A stretch of DNA of 63,999 nucleotides, the filler included, from an uncultured Gemmatimonadota bacterium (GTDB lineage: Bacteria; Blakebacterota; Blakebacteria; Blakebacterales; Blakebacteraceae): NCBI GenBank assembly GCA_964576115.1. It is 4 parts of 4 records of this genome, joined end to end, with 100 filler letters (N's around TTAATTAATTAA, not from the genome) between each part and the next. Parts side by side here need not be neighbours in the genome. Positions count along the whole stretch, not along the records: positions 40,284 to 60,009 come from CAZNUA010000052.1; positions 60,110 to 63,999 come from CAZNUA010000112.1; 2 more parts are not named here. One strand, 5' to 3'. A program made the translations under genes and the position numbers. Below are positions 58,513-63,999 of this stretch, piece after piece (within the stretch, counting starts at the first letter, position 1; the number at the start of each line of letters is the position of its first letter). Below the pieces are notes generated by a model, which saw only the letters and a program-made list of their open reading frames with translations, searched no databases and was not told where the DNA came from.

Positions 58513-60009
58513 ATGGCAGAGGATATTAATTACGAAATTATCGAGGCCCTGAGCCAGATCGCCCGGGAGCGCAACCTGAAGCGGGAGATCGTTTTCGAGA
58601 GCCTCGAGATCGGGTTGCTGACGGCCGCCAAGCGGGCGCTGGGCACCCTCGATCCCGTCGACATCGACGTGGACAAGGAAACGGGTGCGATCTCGATCGG
58701 CATCGTGAAGGAAGTCGTTGAGACCGAAGACGAGATCGTCGAACCCCTCCTGCAGATATCGCTCGAGAAAGCCCGCGAACTCGATCCCGAGACAGAGGTG
58801 GGATGGCACACCTACGTGGACGTGCCGGTAACCGCATTCGGGCGAACCGCCATCCAGGCGGCCAAACAGGTTCTGCAGCAGCGCATCCGCGAAGCCGAGC
58901 GCGACAAGATCTTCGAGGAATACCTCGATCGCGAGGGGGAGATCATCACCGGCAGCGTGCAGCAGGTCACCCGGGGAACCCTGCTGGTCAACATCGGCCG
59001 GGTCGAGGCGATCCTGCCCTATCGCGAGCAGATCAGGCGCGAGAGGTTCCGGCAGGGCGACACCATCAAGGCCCTGGTCAAGGAAGTTTCGATGAGTGCC
59101 AAGGGGCCCTCGATCATCTTGAGCCGGGCCGACGAGGTGTTCGTCCGCAAGCTTTTCGCCATCGAGGTGCCCGAGATCTACGAGGGAATCGTGGAGATCA
59201 AGAAGATCGCCCGCAGCCCCGGCGAGCGCTGCAAGGTGGCCGTGCGCAGTCACGATCTGCGGGTCGATGCGGTCGGGGCGTGCGTGGGCATGAAGGGCTC
59301 GCGCGTGCAGAGCATCGTACGCGAGCTCAATAACGAGCGCATCGATATCGTCCCCTGGTCCCCCGATGTGACCTTCTTCGTGACCAAAGCGATCGGTCCG
59401 GCGAAGGTCCAGCGGGTGTTGATCGATGAAGAGAGGCGGGAGCTGACCCTGATCATGCCCGAGGACCAGATAGCATTGGCTCTCGGACCGGGGGGCACCA
59501 ACGCCCGTCTGGCCGGCGAACTGACCGGATACAACATCGATGTGGTCTCGGAATCCGATTACGACCGGGCTCTCAAGGAGGTCGAAGGGGTATACCAGAG
59601 GGTTACCGAACTCGATCTCACCGAGCATCAGATCGACATGCTGCGCGGCGGCGGAGTGGAATACGTCCAGGATCTGGCGAACTTCACCCCCGAGGAGATC
59701 CAGAACATCCCCGGTATGGGGCCAGCCACATTCGAGAGCGTCATTGACGCCTACGAAAAACACACCGGGACCGCCTACGTTCCTCCCGAGCGTGAGACCG
59801 AAGCTGATGAGCAGGACGAGACCGCCGACCAGATCCCGACGCCCGAACCGGCAGCAGTGCCGGCCGACGGTCTGGATGAGAGTCGCTGGTTGATTGATAC
59901 CGAACTGCTCAAGAGTGTCGAAGAAGCCGAGCGGGCCGAAGTGGAGGACGTGCCCGAAGCACCCGAAGCGGAAGACGCGCCCGAGGCTCCCGCAGCGGTC
60001 GCGGAGCCC
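58513..60009 (+). CDS. nusA: Transcription factor NusA (3' truncated by the contig end)
   Basis: 'FGRTAIQAAKQV', S1 domain, 'EVPEIYEG', 'VGACVGMKGSRV', KH domains and an acidic tail. No stop before the gap. Confidence 0.97.
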
Positions 60010-60109
60010 NNNNNNNNNNNNNNNNNNNNNNNNNNNNNNNNNNNNNNNNNNNNTTAATTAATTAANNNNNNNNNNNNNNNNNNNNNNNNNNNNNNNNNNN
60101 NNNNNNNNN
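60010..60109. other. Artificial contig linker
   Basis: N44-TTAATTAATTAA-N44. Confidence 0.98.
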
Positions 60110-60276
60110 GGTCGGCATCTTCGCGTCCCTGGCCCGCGGTCGAGCGCACGGGGATCGAACCGCATCCGATTGAGGTTTTGCCTCACGGTTCTGATTCACC
60201 ACACCCGTCGAACTTCTGCTTTCCGAAGTCACGGCGCCGGTAGTTCCCTGAAACCTCCCGCATCTACCCCCCGTAT

Positions 60277-60306
60277 ATCTGAACGGTTCACCTGAACAGT
60301 TCAGAT
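60277..60306. promoter_or_regulatory. Candidate PadR operator (nested palindrome)
   Basis: ATCTGAACGGTTCA-CC-TGAACAGTTCAGAT has 26/30 dyad symmetry and holds two TGAAC-N-GTTCA units. It lies 40 nt upstream of padR, next to TTGACA (60312). Confidence 0.6.
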
Positions 60307-60345
60307 AAGTCTTGACATCTCAGCCCCCTGACAGCGGAGCCCGCA

Positions 60346-60696
60346 ATGACCCGCAAGACCGCCAGCACCATCTACGGCAATCTCGACCTGCTGGTCCTGC
60401 ACACCTTGAGCGTCGCCGGACCGGCTCACGGCCTGGGGATCATCGACGCCATCGAGGCCAGTTCTGAAGGCAGCATCCAGATCGAGGACGGCGCCCTCTA
60501 CCGTTCCCTGCATCGCCTCGAGGAGCACGGCCTGCTCGATTCCGAATGGCGTATCAGCGAGAAGAACCGCAAGGCCAAGTTCTACGTTCTCACCACCGCC
60601 GGCGAAAAAGAACTCGCCCGCGCTCAGACGGAATGGCAAGACCATACCCGCGCCATCGGCCGGGTGCTGGGGCTGAGCTGGGAGACCGCGCCGTGA
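60346..60696 (+). CDS. PadR-family transcriptional regulator
   Basis: 'GNLDLLVL..HGLGI..GALYRSLHRLE..SEW..NRKAKFYVLT..G'. Coupled by GTGA to the permease. Confidence 0.93.
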   Translation: MTRKTASTIYGNLDLLVLHTLSVAGPAHGLGIIDAIEASSEGSIQIEDGALYRSLHRLEEHGLLDSEWRISEKNRKAKFYVLTTAGEKELARAQTEWQDHTRAIGRVLGLSWETAP

Positions 60697-63410
60697 CTCC
60701 CGGTTCCGGCTGGAAACGCTTTTTCCGCATGAGCGAATCAGAGACCCATGTCAAGGACCAGGTCGATGACGAACTGCGTCATCATATCGAGGAGCTTCTC
60801 GATCGCTACCGCGCCGAGGGGATGAGTGAGGAAGAAGCGCGGGCCGCAGTCAGACGGCGCTTCCCCGATGCCGAGATCACCCGTTCTGAACTGATCGGGA
60901 GCACCGGGCGCACCGTCAGCAATCGCCGGCGCCGGCTCTTCCTCGACGGCCTGCGCAGCGATCTGCGGGTGAGCCTGCGCCAGTTCCGCCGCCGGCCGGG
61001 TTTTACGACCCTGGCTGTGCTGACCCTGGGACTGGGGATCGGTGCCAGTACGACCCTGTTCAGTGTCGTCAACGGAATGCTGCTACGGCCTCTGCCCTAT
61101 CCGGAATCAGAAGACCTACTCTATATCGGCACGTGTATGGTCAGTACTCCGGAGTGGGTAGGCGCATGTACAGCGCCGGAATTCCTGGCCCTGGCCGACC
61201 GCACTGCCGTCATCGAGCAACTGGCAGCTTCACGGCAGACGACGCTGGATGTGACCGGGGGAGATCGCCCGGTGCGGCTGACCGCCGCCGGTATCACGGA
61301 AGATTTCTTCGGCGTTCTCCGTTCCATCCCGCAGCTCGGTCGTTCTTTCACCGCTCAGGATTATCTTCCCGGCGCCGAACAAGTGGTAATCGTGAATCAC
61401 CAGCTCTGGCAGCAGCGGTGGAACGGTGATCCCGATATCATCGGCACGACTTTCACTGCCGCGAAACAGGATGCGAAAGAGCGGTACACATTCACGATCG
61501 TGGGCGTGATGGGGCCGGAGTTCCGCCAGCCCCAGGCGATGGAAGATCCTTCCCGGGAACACTCCGACACCGCCCTCTGGATGCCTCTGCCGCTGGCGGG
61601 AACACCTGAAGCCGACCGGTGGCACACCTTCAACCTGAATACCATCGCCCGCCTCCAAACCGGACGACATTCCGATGAGGCCCGGGCCGAGGTTGAAGCC
61701 CTCGTCACTGCTCTGGGGGCCGAACACCCGGAGTGGTATTCGGGGCAGTATTTCGAAGGCCGGAGCCTGGGGGTAACGTCTCTGCACGAAAGAACCGTAC
61801 GGCGCCAGCGTGGGAACCTGCTCATCCTCTTCGGCGCCACCGGGTTGCTTCTTCTGATCGCCACCGCTAACCTGACCGGTCTCTTCCTGGCCCGGATCCT
61901 GGATCGAACCGAGGAGATGGCGGTCCGTACCGCACTGGGTGCCGGACGGGGACGGATCGTCCGTCAGCTCGCGACCGAGAGCACCGCCCTGGCCCTGTTC
62001 GGGTGCTGTCTCGGATTCGTCTTCGCTGTCGGCGGACTGGACATCTTCCGGCACCTCGCCCCGGCTACTTTACCACGAATCGAGGATGTCGCCCTTGATT
62101 TACGGGTGATTCTCTTCGCCGGGGGAATCGCGGTCGCAGTCGGCATGCTCTGTGGAATCGTTCCGGCCCTGGTCAACACCAGACGAGTTGACGCCTCCTT
62201 CCTGCGTTCCCGTGAGAGAGGAGGTCGCCGGATCACAGCCCGCTTGCGGGCTGCACTGGTGACGACCGAACTGGCCCTGGCCGTGGTACTTCTGATCGGA
62301 GCCGGACTTCTGGTCAAGAGCTTTCAGCGGCTGCAGCAGGTCGACCCGGGAGTATCCACTGATAACCTGCTCGTGATGCCCCTGGATCTGCCTCAATCGT
62401 ACGAGACGAATGAACAGATCGTGACCCTCCTGAACGCTCTGGGCCAGCGTATCCGTTCCATCCCGGGAGTGCATTCGGCGAGTTGGACTCCCGACCCTCC
62501 GGTGGGTTTGCCGATGTGGTGGCCCCACGTTCGTCTCGAAGACTTCGAGGCTGATGAGGAGTTCCCTCAGATGAATGTCCATTTTGTCGGGCTCGATTAC
62601 TTCGAGACGATGGGTATTCCTCTGCTCAGCGGTCGGGGATTCACCGCGGCCGATGATGAGTCCGGCGAACAGGTTGTCGTGGTCGATGAAGTATTGGTCG
62701 CCCGCTACTGGCCCGATGAGAATCCCCTCGGCAAACGGCTCTGTCTCAATCCCGAATATGCAGGAGAAAACTGGTGGACTGTTATCGGTGTCGTGGGCAG
62801 TATCCGCCAGAGTCTCTATGTCGATCCCCAACCTTGCCTGTATTTATCCTGGTTTCAGGGATTTTTCGCGAACCAGGTGTCGATGGTCATCCGCGGCGAT
62901 CTGCCGGTGCAAAGCATCGCCCCGCAACTACGCGCCGCTGTCTGGGAGCTGGATCCGAACCTGCCCGTGCCCGTTATCGAGAGCATGTCGGGCCGCATCG
63001 ATGAGGTGCTCAAAACGCCGCGCTTCCGAACCCTGCTACTCGGCTCCTTCGCTCTTTCAGCCCTCATCCTCACCGTAGCCGGCATCTACGCCCTGATGCT
63101 CTACCTGGTCACCGGCCGGGTTCGCGAGATCGGTATCCGCATGGCCCTGGGAGCAAATTCCCGCTCAGTACTCTGGACGGTCAGCCGGCAGTGTGTGGGA
63201 CTGATCGGAATCGGAACCCTGGCAGGATTGATCGTGGCAGCGATCGCTTCACACCTGCTGACCAGCCTGCTCTTCGATATCGCGCCGCTCGATCTGCCGA
63301 CATATGGGGGAGTTGCAGCAATCCTGGTGCTGACCTCTGTTCTTGCCTGCCTGGTCCCGGCCCGTCGGGCGGTCCGTCTCGATCCCATGACGGTCCTGCG
63401 CGAGGAGTAA
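60693..63410 (+). CDS. ABC transporter permease, ADOP family, with an N-terminal permease-prefix domain
   Basis: Prefix '[20 protein letters not shown]', '[26 protein letters not shown]', two FtsX halves, and C-terminal 'LDPMTVLREE'. Confidence 0.93.
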   Translation: MTPGSGWKRFFRMSESETHVKDQVDDELRHHIEELLDRYRAEGMSEEEARAAVRRRFPDAEITRSELIGSTGRTVSNRRRRLFLDGLRSDLRVSLRQFRRRPGFTTLAVLTLGLGIGASTTLFSVVNGMLLRPLPYPESEDLLYIGTCMVSTPEWVGACTAPEFLALADRTAVIEQLAASRQTTLDVTGGDRPVRLTAAGITEDFFGVLRSIPQLGRSFTAQDYLPGAEQVVIVNHQLWQQRWNGDPDIIGTTFTAAKQDAKERYTFTIVGVMGPEFRQPQAMEDPSREHSDTALWMPLPLAGTPEADRWHTFNLNTIARLQTGRHSDEARAEVEALVTALGAEHPEWYSGQYFEGRSLGVTSLHERTVRRQRGNLLILFGATGLLLLIATANLTGLFLARILDRTEEMAVRTALGAGRGRIVRQLATESTALALFGCCLGFVFAVGGLDIFRHLAPATLPRIEDVALDLRVILFAGGIAVAVGMLCGIVPALVNTRRVDASFLRSRERGGRRITARLRAALVTTELALAVVLLIGAGLLVKSFQRLQQVDPGVSTDNLLVMPLDLPQSYETNEQIVTLLNALGQRIRSIPGVHSASWTPDPPVGLPMWWPHVRLEDFEADEEFPQMNVHFVGLDYFETMGIPLLSGRGFTAADDESGEQVVVVDEVLVARYWPDENPLGKRLCLNPEYAGENWWTVIGVVGSIRQSLYVDPQPCLYLSWFQGFFANQVSMVIRGDLPVQSIAPQLRAAVWELDPNLPVPVIESMSGRIDEVLKTPRFRTLLLGSFALSALILTVAGIYALMLYLVTGRVREIGIRMALGANSRSVLWTVSRQCVGLIGIGTLAGLIVAAIASHLLTSLLFDIAPLDLPTYGGVAAILVLTSVLACLVPARRAVRLDPMTVLREE

Positions 63411-63478
63411 TACGAGATGATCATCACCTGTCGGCAGAAGCGAATCACTATGGCCCGGCCTGAAGGAAGGGTAACTCC

Positions 63479-63999
63479 GTGAGTTTGACGAGCGGCTGGA
63501 AGCGCCTCTTCCGCCTGACCGAGTCGGAGCCCCATGTCGAGGCCCAGGTCGATGACGAACTGCGCCATCATATCGAGGAGCTTCTCGATCGCTACCGTTC
63601 CCGTGGGATGAGCGAAAATGAGGCCCGGGCCGAGATCGCCCGGCGCTTTCCCGACGCCGAGACCACCCGTTCCGATCTGATCGGGAGTACCGGGCGAGCA
63701 GTCCACAACCGCCGGCGCCGGCTCTTTCTCGACGGCCTGCGCGGCGACCTGCGCGTGAGCCTGCGCCAGTTCCGCCGCCGGCCGGGATTCACGGCCCTGG
63801 CGGTGCTGACCCTGGGGCTGGGGATCGGGGCCAGCACGACCCTGTTCAGTGTCGTCAACGGCGTGTTGCTGCAACCCCTGCCCTATCCAGAGCCGGAACG
63901 ACTCGTCTATCTGGGAACCGTGTTCGGGAATCCGCTTCGGCCGACGGGAATGACGCCGCCGGAATTCCTCGCCCTGCAGGGCAGTACGCATACCCTCGA
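63479..63999 (+). CDS. Second ADOP-family ABC permease (truncated by the window end; not in the ORF track)
   Basis: GTG 63479 follows AAGGAAGG and reads '[38 protein letters not shown]..'. Close paralog of the preceding gene. Confidence 0.9.
   Translation, partial: MSLTSGWKRLFRLTESEPHVEAQVDDELRHHIEELLDRYRSRGMSENEARAEIARRFPDAETTRSDLIGSTGRAVHNRRRRLFLDGLRGDLRVSLRQFRRRPGFTALAVLTLGLGIGASTTLFSVVNGVLLQPLPYPEPERLVYLGTVFGNPLRPTGMTPPEFLALQGSTHTL

Overview
This is a high-GC bacterial draft genome (probably a MAG) in four contig pieces joined by artificial N44-TTAATTAATTAA-N44 linkers (20178-20277, 40184-40283, 60010-60109), so synteny holds only within a piece. Piece 1 has a family-5 substrate-binding protein, a HAMP histidine kinase and a sigma-54 activator, followed by a sigma-54 promoter driving an atypical receiver protein. 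It continues with tRNA-Leu(CAA), a hybrid kinase, an Old Yellow Enzyme, PBP1A, tyrS, four tandem beta-propeller lipoproteins, a TlpA/redoxin-like lipoprotein and a partial 16S rRNA. Piece 2 has a PhoD-like phosphatase, pyruvoyl arginine decarboxylase, a deoxyhypusine-synthase-like enzyme, a tandem-domain ThyX, an orphan ABC permease and a cluster of largely Tat-exported catabolic enzymes. Piece 3 is housekeeping: truA, tal, an HtrA-like protease, purB, psd, pssA, tatA, gatAB, coaE, acyl-CoA carboxylase subunits, rimP and nusA. Piece 4 has PadR plus duplicated ABC permeases. The strongest finding is that the redoxin gene is split by an in-frame TGA (W-U-P-P-C) followed by a GGUC-loop SECIS-like hairpin, so it is very likely a selenoprotein missed by the ORF caller. 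Other highlights are the sigma-54/pseudo-receiver module, an invariant palindromic 23-mer in all four propeller paralogs, and repeated tandem amplification of gene-junction sequences (RBS+GTGA cassettes that create relays of coupled mini-ORFs). All calls come from reading the sequence; no database searches were run.
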